Below, piece by piece: positions 1 to 7,832 of a stretch of 64,000 bases of DNA (positions within the stretch are counted from its first letter, which is position 1; each line of letters starts with the position of its first letter). This DNA comes from an uncultured bacterium (lineage in GTDB: Bacteria; Patescibacteriota; Minisyncoccia; Minisyncoccales; RBG-13-42-11): NCBI GenBank assembly GCA_963790795.1, contig CAWBPO010000001.1, forward strand, positions 204,073-268,072, written 5' to 3'. The notes beneath the pieces are model-generated. The model ran no database searches. It was not told the origin of the DNA and saw only the letters and a program-made list of their open reading frames with translations. Both the position numbers and the translations under genes were made by a program.

Positions 1-377
1 TCCCGCCCGGACATAATGAAATTCCTGAAAAATACAGAGAAATCGGCCAGCCAGTCTTGATTCCAGGTTCAATGGGCACAGCTTCCTATGTTTTGGTCGG
101 TCAAAAAACCGGCCGAGAAGCATTCTTTTCTACTTGTCACGGTGCGGGCAGAACAATGTCAAGGAACGAAGCAAAAAGAAGAATATCTGGACAGGAAGTG
201 ATAAAAAGCTTAGAATCAAAAGGAATTATCGTGAAATGCCAGGACATGAAAGGAATTGCTGAAGAAGCGCCTCAAGCATATAAAGACATTCATGAAGTGG
301 TTGAAGTTGTTCACAAAGCTGGTTTATCAAAAAAAGTGGCAAGGCTCGTGCCTTTAGCTGTTATTAAAGGAGAATAA
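1..377 (+). CDS. rtcB: RNA-splicing ligase RtcB, C-terminal part (5' end lies outside the window)
   Basis: Frame is open from the window edge. HNEIPEKYREIGQPVLIPGSMGTASYVLVG...CHGAGR matches the conserved RtcB C-terminal core. Confidence 0.9.
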   Translation, partial: PPGHNEIPEKYREIGQPVLIPGSMGTASYVLVGQKTGREAFFSTCHGAGRTMSRNEAKRRISGQEVIKSLESKGIIVKCQDMKGIAEEAPQAYKDIHEVVEVVHKAGLSKKVARLVPLAVIKGE

Positions 378-383
378 TTGTTT

Positions 384-584
384 ATGAATAAATTGCCGAA
401 AAGTTTACGTAAATATATTCGTTTTGAAAAAGCCCGGATTCGCCGGGAAGTTTTAAATTCAAAAGAGCAGGAAAGATTGATTGATGAATTGTATAAAAAG
501 CTTACAAAACATAATAAAAACAATGAAAAACTACTCCTCAAAAAGAGCCAAAAAAGGAAAGTTGGCTTATCGGACGCCAAGTAG
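384..584 (+). CDS. small Lys/Arg-rich hypothetical protein
   Basis: AAAGGAGA Shine-Dalgarno about 10 nt upstream of ATG 384. 66 aa, very basic, no family recognised. Lies immediately after the rtcB stop. Confidence 0.5.
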   Translation: MNKLPKSLRKYIRFEKARIRREVLNSKEQERLIDELYKKLTKHNKNNEKLLLKKSQKRKVGLSDAK

Positions 585-625
585 GTTTATATATAAAAAA
601 ACAGAAGAAGCTGGAAAGCGAAGAA

Positions 626-2212
626 TCAGAAAACCTTAACCATATAAGTGTCTTCCAGCTTGTATCCTAATTTTCTGAAATAGTTTCTCGCTCCCACAGC
701 GGCAATTACGCTGATTTTTTTTAAGTTGAATTCTTTTTTCGTGATTTTTTCAGCTTCTTTGATTAATTTCTTGCCTAATCCTTGGTGCTGGGGTGATAGC
801 GCAGTTAAACGTTTTTCATTTATCGGCAGTTGCTGGCCGAAAGTGTGGATTTCACGGATAATTGCTTTATTTTGAGAGGTTTTTCTTAAACGGAGCAAGC
901 TGTAAAGCTTTGTTCTGTTTTTATTTTCAAAGCTTAAGAATATTTCTTTGCCTTCAGAAGCATTGTAATCTTTTCTGAATAAATGCAATTTTTCTTTTAT
1001 TTGATAATTATTCCTTACTTCCCTACATCTGATGCATTTACAATGCCAATTTTCATTTTTCATGTTTTGTTTTAAAATCTGGCGGATGTTGGAAATTTTG
1101 GCAGGACCGGCAACAATGCGAAAAGAAGGAATGTCTCTGCTTATCCTTTGTATTCTGACGTAAAAAGGAATATTCTTTTTTATTGTTTTAATCAGATTGA
1201 TTAATTGGTTTTTTGTGTAAGGCTTGTATTTTTTCTTTTTCCATAATTTATATAAAGGAGCTTCTTTTAAAAGGGCGCATGGATAGATTTTTAACAAATC
1301 CGGCTGGAGATCTGGATTTTTAAATAATTCTTTAAAAAGCTCTTTGTCTTTTTTAATGTTGGAGCCTGGCAAGTTGGGCATTATCTGGTAAAGAACCTTA
1401 AATCCTGCGTCTTTTAAAAGTTTTGTCGCTACGATTGTTTCTTTTACGCCGTGTCCTCTTAGGTTTATGTTGAGAATATCGTCATAAATTGTTTGAACTC
1501 CCAATTCAACCATTGTCGCGCCTAAATTTCTCAAGCGTTTTATTTCTTTCTTATCGATAAAGTCCGGTCTCGTTTCAATTGAAAGCCCAACTATTCTGTG
1601 TTTTGCTTTTTCATTAATTCTTTGAGCGTCTTTTAATGTTTTGCTTTTTCTTTTATTGCAGGCGTCAAAGCATCTTTTAACAAACCATTCCTGGTATTTT
1701 TTTGGATAGAAAGACCAGGTGCCACCGACAATCCTCAGCTCAATTTTGTCAGTGGGATGGCCTTCGTTTTCCAGCATTTCAATTCTTAATTTGGTTTGCA
1801 AGAAAGGGTCATAATTCAGTTTTTTAGCTCTTTCAACAGCCGGTTCTCCGGAAACATAGCTTTTCGGAATGTTTGCTTCTTGAGGGCAATAAAGGCATTT
1901 ACCAGGGCAAGGATATGGTTTTGTTAAAACTGAGATGTTGACTATGCCAGAAAGCGAACGAATCGGCCTTGTTATCAATAAAAGCTCCAAAAGTGGAGAT
2001 TTTTTTATCTTTTTCTTTTTGGTTAATTCGTGGTAAGTTTTTAATAGGGAAATGTTATCCGGGCAGGAGATTTTGTGTTTTTTAGCAGCTTTTCTCTTGA
2101 TTTTAGCTAAAGTATCCCGGTCTTTTACCCGATTTTTAATAATTTCTCTTATTATTAATTCTAAAGAATTCATGGATAGCAATTTTGCGAAATACTTATT
2201 AAATAAAACCAA
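626..2212 (-). CDS. elp3: Elp3-family radical SAM / GNAT protein (tRNA wobble-uridine cm5U synthase homolog)
   Basis: Radical-SAM cysteine cluster CPGKCLYCP, TIM-barrel region, and a C-terminal GNAT with QHQGLGKKL acetyl-CoA motif. The longest ORF starts at TTG 2212; an alternative ATG at 2173 (MNSLELIIREI) is at least as plausible. Confidence 0.85.
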   Translation of the reverse strand: MVLFNKYFAKLLSMNSLELIIREIIKNRVKDRDTLAKIKRKAAKKHKISCPDNISLLKTYHELTKKKKIKKSPLLELLLITRPIRSLSGIVNISVLTKPYPCPGKCLYCPQEANIPKSYVSGEPAVERAKKLNYDPFLQTKLRIEMLENEGHPTDKIELRIVGGTWSFYPKKYQEWFVKRCFDACNKRKSKTLKDAQRINEKAKHRIVGLSIETRPDFIDKKEIKRLRNLGATMVELGVQTIYDDILNINLRGHGVKETIVATKLLKDAGFKVLYQIMPNLPGSNIKKDKELFKELFKNPDLQPDLLKIYPCALLKEAPLYKLWKKKKYKPYTKNQLINLIKTIKKNIPFYVRIQRISRDIPSFRIVAGPAKISNIRQILKQNMKNENWHCKCIRCREVRNNYQIKEKLHLFRKDYNASEGKEIFLSFENKNRTKLYSLLRLRKTSQNKAIIREIHTFGQQLPINEKRLTALSPQHQGLGKKLIKEAEKITKKEFNLKKISVIAAVGARNYFRKLGYKLEDTYMVKVF

Positions 2213-2867
2213 ACAAGATTATAATCTAATTGCTGAAGATTTTTCAAGAACCCGTTGGAATATTTGGTCTGAGTTTGGCATTTTTAGAGATTATATTCAA
2301 GACGGAGACAAAGTTTTAGATGCAGGTTGCGGAAACGGTCGGCTTTTGGAATTGTTAAAAGACAAAAAAATTGATTATCTCGGTATTGATATTTCAGATA
2401 AACTGATAGAGTTGGCTAAGAAAAAATATCCCCAGAATAACTTTTTAATTGCCGACACTTTAAATTTACCATTTCCAGACGATAATTTCGATAAAGTTTT
2501 TTCAGTAGCTGTTTTACATACTATTCCTTCGTTTGAGTTTAGGGAAAAAGCATTGTTGGAGCTGAGAAGGGTTTTGAAGCCAGGCGGTATATTGCTGTTG
2601 ACGGTTTGGGATATTTTGCGTGCGAAAAATCTTTTTTTAGCTTTTAAACAATTTCTTCTAAAATTAATCGGAAAATCAAAATTAGATTTTGGAGATGCTT
2701 TTGTCTCTTGGGGTACAAAAACAAATAGATATTATCATTTTTTTACAAACAGAGAATTGAACACGTTAGTGAGTAAGGTCGGTTTTAAAGTAATTGGGAA
2801 AGGTGTTGCCCGGAACGAAAACAAAAAGCGTTCAAATGTTTATATAATTGCTAAAAAGCCCTCGTAG
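2172..2867 (+). CDS. Trm9/ALKBH8-like class I SAM-dependent methyltransferase
   Basis: YNLIAEDFSRTRWNIW, DAGCGNGRLL (motif I), LNLPFPDDNFD, SVAVLHTIPSFEFR, LKPGGILLLTVW and NRYYHFFTNREL parallel the yeast Trm9 signature blocks. ATG 2172 chosen; the 2052 extension would overlap elp3 and looks non-native. Confidence 0.8.
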   Translation: MDSNFAKYLLNKTKQDYNLIAEDFSRTRWNIWSEFGIFRDYIQDGDKVLDAGCGNGRLLELLKDKKIDYLGIDISDKLIELAKKKYPQNNFLIADTLNLPFPDDNFDKVFSVAVLHTIPSFEFREKALLELRRVLKPGGILLLTVWDILRAKNLFLAFKQFLLKLIGKSKLDFGDAFVSWGTKTNRYYHFFTNRELNTLVSKVGFKVIGKGVARNENKKRSNVYIIAKKPS

Positions 2868-2929
2868 TTTAATGGATAGAACATGAGTTTCCGGAACTCA
2901 AAATGCAGGTTCGATTCCTGCTGGGGGCA
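2858..2929 (+). tRNA. tRNA-Arg (anticodon CCG)
   Basis: Manual cloverleaf: acceptor GCCCTCG/TGGGGGC (two G-U pairs), D stem GTTT/GAAC, anticodon stem TGAGT/ACTCA with loop TTCCGGA, T arm GCAGG-TTCGATT-CCTGC, discriminator A. CCA is not encoded. Confidence 0.88.
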
Positions 2930-2944
2930 CTAGAATAAAGAATC

Positions 2945-2972
2945 TTGACAAACGCCATCACTCAATTAAACT
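2945..2972 (+). promoter_or_regulatory. sigma70-like promoter (TTGACA-16 nt-TAAACT)
   Basis: TTGACA at 2945-2950 and TAAACT at 2967-2972, just downstream of the tRNA. Confidence 0.4.
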
Positions 2973-2977
2973 TAAAA

Positions 2978-3136
2978 GTGAGGGGGTGCGGGTTTTTTGC
3001 CCAAAAGGACAGATAGTTTTTGACGAAGGAGATACCAGCAGCTGCCTAACAATGTCCAATTAGACTTAAGTGAATAATCAAGTTCATCAAGAGCTATTCC
3101 CCCTTATTAAAGAATCCGGCTTGAGCGGGATTTTTT
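2978..3136 (+). ncRNA. candidate small RNA (about 160 nt), identity unknown
   Basis: Bounded by the promoter above and a hairpin plus T-run at 3113-3136. No ORF. A 10-bp closing helix pairs AGTGAGGGGG (2977-2986) with CCCCCTTATT (3099-3108). An internal GGACA/TGTCC pairing is also possible. Confidence 0.35.
3113..3136 (+). terminator. intrinsic terminator-like hairpin
   Basis: AATCCGGC-TTGA-GCGGGATT (one G-G mismatch) followed by TTTTTT. Confidence 0.5.
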
Positions 3137-3170
3137 AATTTAAAGAGTTGTGTTAAAATGAGAATAGCTT

Positions 3171-3734
3171 ATGAATTACAAAATCGTTGTTTCAGGTGCA
3201 GCCAGAGTCAGTCATTGCTGCAGAAATATTAAAAAACTGTCTGAAGAGGTTGGCCGGGAAATCGCCAAGAAAAAGTGCATACTTGTTACCGGAGCGACTA
3301 CCGGCGTTCCTTACTTTGCTGCTTTGGGGTGCAAGAAAGCTGGCGGCTTTAACGTTGGTTTTTCGCCAGCCACTTCAGAAGTCGCTCATTTAAAAACCTA
3401 TAAACTGCCTTTAGAGCCCTTTGACGTTATGATTTACACTGGCGCAGATTATGTTGGTAGGGATACGCTTATGACAAAATCAGCTGACGCAGTAATCATC
3501 ATCTGCGGCAGAATGGGCACTATGCACGAATTTACCACTGCTTTTGAAATCCAAAAGCCAATGGGCATTTTGGAAGGAACGGGCGGGACAGCAGATAAGA
3601 TAAGGTCAATTATTACCGGCCCTCACCGTAGGGTAGCCAAGATCGCTTATGACGAAAACCCTAAGAAATTGGTTGAAGAGGTTATTAATTTGATAAAAAA
3701 AGAGAAAAAATCAAATTCAAAATATAAAAGCTAA
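3171..3734 (+). CDS. SLOG/LOG-like Rossmann protein (TIGR00725-type, 'lysine decarboxylase-like' family)
   Basis: VTGATTGVP nucleotide-binding loop and ICGRMGTMHEF, which resembles the LOG PGGxGTxxE motif. An extended -10 (TGTTAAAAT) lies at 3148-3156. Confidence 0.7.
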   Translation: MNYKIVVSGAARVSHCCRNIKKLSEEVGREIAKKKCILVTGATTGVPYFAALGCKKAGGFNVGFSPATSEVAHLKTYKLPLEPFDVMIYTGADYVGRDTLMTKSADAVIIICGRMGTMHEFTTAFEIQKPMGILEGTGGTADKIRSIITGPHRRVAKIAYDENPKKLVEEVINLIKKEKKSNSKYKS

Positions 3735-3765
3735 AGGTCGTATATATAAAATACATTTTAAAAAT

Positions 3766-4029
3766 ATGGCAGACGAAAAAAAAGAAGGAAAATTAATAGG
3801 CAGAATTACCCACTTTTTCGGCAATATCGGAGTGGCGGTAATTGAGGTTTCAGACAGATTGAGAGCCGGCGATACTATCAGAATTGTCGGCGGAAACGTT
3901 GATTTCGAGGAAAAAGTTGACTCAATGGAAATGGACCATCAGAGAGTCAGTGAAGCTAAAAAAGGCAATTCTGTTGGCGTGAAGGTTTCCCAGAAAGTTC
4001 ACGAAGGATACAAGGTTTTCAGGATATAG
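3766..4029 (+). CDS. translation-elongation-factor-like beta-barrel domain protein (EF-Tu domain II-like)
   Basis: 87 aa. GRITHFFGNIGVAVIEV...GDTIRIVG...GNSVGVKV pattern is typical of stand-alone EF-Tu domain-2-like barrels. Confidence 0.6.
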   Translation: MADEKKEGKLIGRITHFFGNIGVAVIEVSDRLRAGDTIRIVGGNVDFEEKVDSMEMDHQRVSEAKKGNSVGVKVSQKVHEGYKVFRI

Positions 4030-4095
4030 ATAAAACATATTAGAGGTTATTTTTCCGTCTAATTTTCAGATGCCTCTTTTGGCAGATTTATTGGG

Positions 4096-5343
4096 ATGAA
4101 GTTTATAGCGGATTTTCACATTCACAGCAAATATTCGAGAGCCACTTCCAGGGACATGGATTTGGAAAATCTTGATAAGTGGGCGAGAATCAAGGGCATT
4201 AAGGTTTTAGGCACGGGAGACTTCAGTCATCCGGAATGGTTCAAATCTTTAAAAGAAAAATTAGAGCCCGCAGAACTCGGGCTTTTTAAAATTAAAAAAC
4301 AGGATAACGCTACGCGTTTTATTTTAACCAATGAAATCAGTTGCATTTATTCCAAAAACGGGAGAGTCAGGAAAATTCATGTTTTAATCTTTGCTCCTTC
4401 TTTCGAGGCAGTTGAAAAAATTAACGTTCAGTTGGGCTGGATAGGCAATTTGAAATCAGACGGCAGGCCGATTTTGGGATTAGATGCCAAAGAATTGGCA
4501 AAGATTGTTTTAAGCGCTTCGGAAGACTGTTTGGTTGTGCCTGCTCACTGTATGACTCCCTGGTTTGCCATTTTCGGTTCGAAATCAGGGTTTGATTCAA
4601 TTGAAGAGTGTTTTGAAGACTTTTCAAAATATATTTATGCCATGGAAACTGGCCTTAGCGCTTCCCCGGCTATGCTTTGGAGGATGCCAGCTGGCAGGAA
4701 AACAGCTCTTATCTCAAACAGCGATGCTCACAGTCCGAGAAAAATAGGCAGGGAAGCAAATGTTTTTGATACGGAGTTAAGCTATAAATCAATTGTTGAA
4801 GCGATAAAAACTAAAGACTCCAAGAAATTTTTATATACCATTGAATTTTTTCCTGAAGAAGGCAAATATCATTTTGACGGCCACAGAAACTGCGAAATCA
4901 GACTTTCTCCTAAAGAAACCAAGAAATACAACGGCATTTGCCCGGTTTGCGGAAAACCGTTAACCATCGGAGTTTTAAACAGGGTTGACGAACTGGCTGA
5001 CAAAGAAGAAGGTTTTGAGCCGGAAAACGCCGTTCCTTTTAAAAGTTTGGTTCCTTTGGAAGAGATTATTGCCGATGCTTTACAAATGACCGTAAATACA
5101 AAAGAAGTTGAAAAATCATACAAAATCTTAATTGAGAAATTCGGTTCTGAGTTTAACGTTCTTCTTGAAGCTTCTTTGGAAAGATTGCAAGCGGTTGTTC
5201 TTCCTGAAATTGCCGAAGGAATAGTAAGGGTGAGAGGGGGAAAAGTAAGCAAAGAGCCCGGGTATGATGGAGTATTCGGGAAAATTAGAATTTTTAACCA
5301 AGGAGAAGAGAAAAAGTTGTCAAAGCAAAAAACCTTGTTTTAA
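4096..5343 (+). CDS. endonuclease Q (EndoQ) family protein, PHP domain + Zn finger
   Basis: DFHIHSKYSRATS, GTGDFSHPEW, SNSDAHSPRKIGREANVF, GKYHFDGH, CPVCGKPLTIGVLNRV and GYDGVFGKIRI line up with the conserved blocks of archaeal EndoQ. Confidence 0.85.
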   Translation: MKFIADFHIHSKYSRATSRDMDLENLDKWARIKGIKVLGTGDFSHPEWFKSLKEKLEPAELGLFKIKKQDNATRFILTNEISCIYSKNGRVRKIHVLIFAPSFEAVEKINVQLGWIGNLKSDGRPILGLDAKELAKIVLSASEDCLVVPAHCMTPWFAIFGSKSGFDSIEECFEDFSKYIYAMETGLSASPAMLWRMPAGRKTALISNSDAHSPRKIGREANVFDTELSYKSIVEAIKTKDSKKFLYTIEFFPEEGKYHFDGHRNCEIRLSPKETKKYNGICPVCGKPLTIGVLNRVDELADKEEGFEPENAVPFKSLVPLEEIIADALQMTVNTKEVEKSYKILIEKFGSEFNVLLEASLERLQAVVLPEIAEGIVRVRGGKVSKEPGYDGVFGKIRIFNQGEEKKLSKQKTLF

Positions 5344-6383
5344 GATTTCGGCAGCCAAGTTATCAGCTTATCTTTAATTTCAAACTTTCCTTCCGTGAAC
5401 TGCTCAATCACCCAAATATTGGTTTTGCAGTGATTGGTAATCTCAGAACTTGTAATCTGGGATTTGTTTTTTGATAAGGCCAAATAAGGCAGAATCTGGT
5501 CGCTAAGATATTTGTCCAAGCAGGCATTTGATTTTTCTTCTTTTAATAGTTCTAAAGCAGCTTCCTTGCCAATATCTTCAGCTCTTTTGCCTAATTTACC
5601 CAAATTGTCCTTGCCGATTATCGTATTTTCAAATTCAGCTATCAGACAAATTTGGCTGCCAGGACATTGAGTCAGATAGTATTCAACTCTTTTTTCTGTA
5701 GGCAGGTTTAATTTTCCTAAAACCTCTCTTGCTCCGGCTAATTGTCTCTCTGCCACTTTTTTCTCTTTCAAAGATTGTGAAGCGCCTGAGATTTGCACAA
5801 TCTTTTTGAGACTGCCTCGTTCAGTCAGATTAAGGCTTTTTAATTTTGCCGGAGAAATTTCCACTTCAACCTTTGCTCCGCCTTCAGGATAATAGCCTCG
5901 TTTTAAAATATTGATTTTGACTAAAGGAAAATCTTTATTTATTTTTTTGAGAATCGGCAAAAACACATAAACAAAATAATCAATGCTTGGAGAGAAAAAA
6001 GTATCGGTTGCTCCTCCTTCAAAGACAATTTTGACAGGATTTTGGGAAAAGAGCGACGCTGGGATCAGTGTTTGCAAGATTAAAGTAATGCTGGCCGCCG
6101 TTTCAATCTTTACTTGAATCTGTTGATGTCTAACTTCAACAGATTTTGAAGGATAGAATTTTATTTCTTCTGAACCGAATTTATCGCCTTCTAATTCGGC
6201 GTTGCTCAACCGGGCCAAAGCTTGAAGCCCTAAAAGGTGCTGCGGCATTAATCCCGGCTTTTCCCTTCCTTTTCTGATATTAAAAACACGGCAGGGTTTT
6301 TTGGTAACCGCCGACAAAGAGCAAGCAGTCCTGAGGATTTGGCCGCCGCCTTCCAAGTATGAACCGTCAATTTCAATCATCAT
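5340..6383 (-). CDS. rtcA: RNA 3'-terminal phosphate cyclase
   Basis: [48 protein letters not shown] is the canonical RtcA N-terminus. 347 aa. Confidence 0.92.
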   Translation of the reverse strand: MMIEIDGSYLEGGGQILRTACSLSAVTKKPCRVFNIRKGREKPGLMPQHLLGLQALARLSNAELEGDKFGSEEIKFYPSKSVEVRHQQIQVKIETAASITLILQTLIPASLFSQNPVKIVFEGGATDTFFSPSIDYFVYVFLPILKKINKDFPLVKINILKRGYYPEGGAKVEVEISPAKLKSLNLTERGSLKKIVQISGASQSLKEKKVAERQLAGAREVLGKLNLPTEKRVEYYLTQCPGSQICLIAEFENTIIGKDNLGKLGKRAEDIGKEAALELLKEEKSNACLDKYLSDQILPYLALSKNKSQITSSEITNHCKTNIWVIEQFTEGKFEIKDKLITWLPKS

Positions 6384-6436
6384 AGTTTAGAATATCTGAA
6401 TTTCAATATATTTTAAAGAGCATAACTTGCAAGGGG

Positions 6437-6464
6437 TTGACAAGGATTTTGAATCGCCTATAAT
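6437..6464 (+). promoter_or_regulatory. near-consensus sigma70 promoter (TTGACA-16 nt-TATAAT)
   Basis: TTGACA at 6437-6442 and TATAAT at 6459-6464, about 185 nt upstream of greA. Confidence 0.55.
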
Positions 6465-6470
6465 TAAAAG

Positions 6471-6650
6471 AGATACTAATAGTCAATTAAACCATGATAA
6501 ATAATTTCTATAGAGTTTGGTCAATTTTAAAAAAGGTCTCTGCCACTATGGTTTTGACTTTTGGAAAAATTAACTGCTGAGAGGGGATTATTAGTAAACT
6601 ACTTAACTTAAAACTAACACCCCTCTCAACTAAGAGGGGTTTTAAAGAAC
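6471..6650 (+). promoter_or_regulatory. structured greA 5' leader with alternative hairpins (attenuator / SD-sequestering candidate)
   Basis: GAGAGGGG (6579-6586), CCCCTCTC (6620-6627) and AGAGGGG (6633-6639) followed by TTTT. Pairings 1:2 and 2:3 are mutually exclusive, and segment 3 contains the greA SD. Upstream long-range helix: 6483-6496 with 6548-6558. Confidence 0.45.
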
Positions 6651-7127
6651 ATGACAGAAGAAAAAAAGTTTTATCTGACCAAAGAAGGACTGGAAAGGAT
6701 AAAAAACGAATACAAGAATTTAAGAGAGTTAAAACTTGCCAAAACCAAGGGAGAATCTCCCAAGATTTTGCATTCTGAAGATTTAAACCCGGAATATCTT
6801 GCTTTCCAGGAAGATATCAGTTTCTTGGGGTCAAGGATAACAGAGCTCGATAATATTATTAAAAACGCTGTTTTGATTAAAACCCCCAAAAAAGACAAGC
6901 AAAATATTGTTGATTTAGGAGCGACGATTTTGGTTGAAGTGGGAGGACAGGCAGACGAGTTTACTCTTGTCGGTTCTCTGGAAGCTAATCCTTCTGTCGG
7001 TAAAATTTCTAATGAATCTCCTGTTGGCAAAGCTCTTTTAGGCCATAAAGCCGGGGAAGCGGTTATTGTTTCTTCTCCAATTCAGACGATATATAAAATT
7101 AAGAAGATAAAATACAGAATCAGCTGA
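6651..7127 (+). CDS. greA: transcription elongation factor GreA
   Basis: 158 aa. N-terminal coiled-coil (LTKEGLERIKNEYKNL) and C-terminal SPVGKALLGHKAGE FKBP-like domain. Confidence 0.92.
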   Translation: MTEEKKFYLTKEGLERIKNEYKNLRELKLAKTKGESPKILHSEDLNPEYLAFQEDISFLGSRITELDNIIKNAVLIKTPKKDKQNIVDLGATILVEVGGQADEFTLVGSLEANPSVGKISNESPVGKALLGHKAGEAVIVSSPIQTIYKIKKIKYRIS

Positions 7128-7150
7128 TAAAATTCTGTCTCATTTTGGTT
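7114..7150 (+). terminator. terminator-like hairpin overlapping the greA stop
   Basis: ACAGAAT (7114-7120) pairs with ATTCTGT (7132-7138), followed by a T-rich tract. Confidence 0.4.
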
Positions 7151-7208
7151 TTTGAGTGGATTTTTCCTCTCTTTTTTGTTTGAATAAAATGTGATAAATT
7201 GAATTAGT

Positions 7209-7832
7209 ATGAAAGACGTACTCAATTTTTTAATTGAAGTCGGCAAATTAAAGAGAATGCCGAGAATGGGTTGGGTTTTGAGGGGGATAAAGAACCCGGA
7301 AACAATAGCTGACCATACTTTTCGAATGACTTTAATGGCTTGGATTTTATGCTGCAAGAAGAAGCTTAATCTTAATAAGACATTAAAGATGTCTTTGATT
7401 CATGATTTATGCGAGGTTTATGCCGGAGATACAACCCCTTTTGACTGTGTTTTATCGGAAAAGAAAAAGAAAGGCAAAGATGTTTTTAACGAGTGGCCAA
7501 GACTGTCTCAAAAAGAAAAAGAAAAGTTTTTTTTGGAGAAATATAAAAAAGAAGACAAAGCGCTTAAAAAAATTGTTTCAAAACTGCCTTCTAATTTAAA
7601 AAAGGAAATAATAAATTTATGGAATGAGTATGAAAATGGCTCAACTCATGAGGGCATATTTGTCCGTCAGTTGGACAGAGTGGAAAATCTATTGCAGGCC
7701 TTGGAATACTGGAAGAAGGGCAAAAAATTCAAGATTGAGCCGTGGTGGATTCAGATAGAAGAATTGGTAGATGACCCTTTATTGCTTAAATTTATAGAAG
7801 TTTTGGAAAAAAGATTTCATAAAAAAAGATGA
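7209..7832 (+). CDS. HD-domain phosphohydrolase (YfbR/HDDC2-like 5'-deoxynucleotidase family)
   Basis: ETIADHTFRM ... LIHDLCEVYAGDTTP gives the H..HD..D metal-binding pattern. Confidence 0.75.
   Translation: MKDVLNFLIEVGKLKRMPRMGWVLRGIKNPETIADHTFRMTLMAWILCCKKKLNLNKTLKMSLIHDLCEVYAGDTTPFDCVLSEKKKKGKDVFNEWPRLSQKEKEKFFLEKYKKEDKALKKIVSKLPSNLKKEIINLWNEYENGSTHEGIFVRQLDRVENLLQALEYWKKGKKFKIEPWWIQIEELVDDPLLLKFIEVLEKRFHKKR

Noticed and set aside
2052-2171. N-terminal 40-aa extension of the methyltransferase ORF
   Set aside because: The extension lies antisense within elp3 coding sequence and is hydrophobic nonsense. Trm9-like similarity starts just after ATG 2172.
3187-3393. 68-aa ORF overlapping the SLOG gene in another frame
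   Set aside because: It is fully nested in a well-supported CDS, with no SD and no homology signal.
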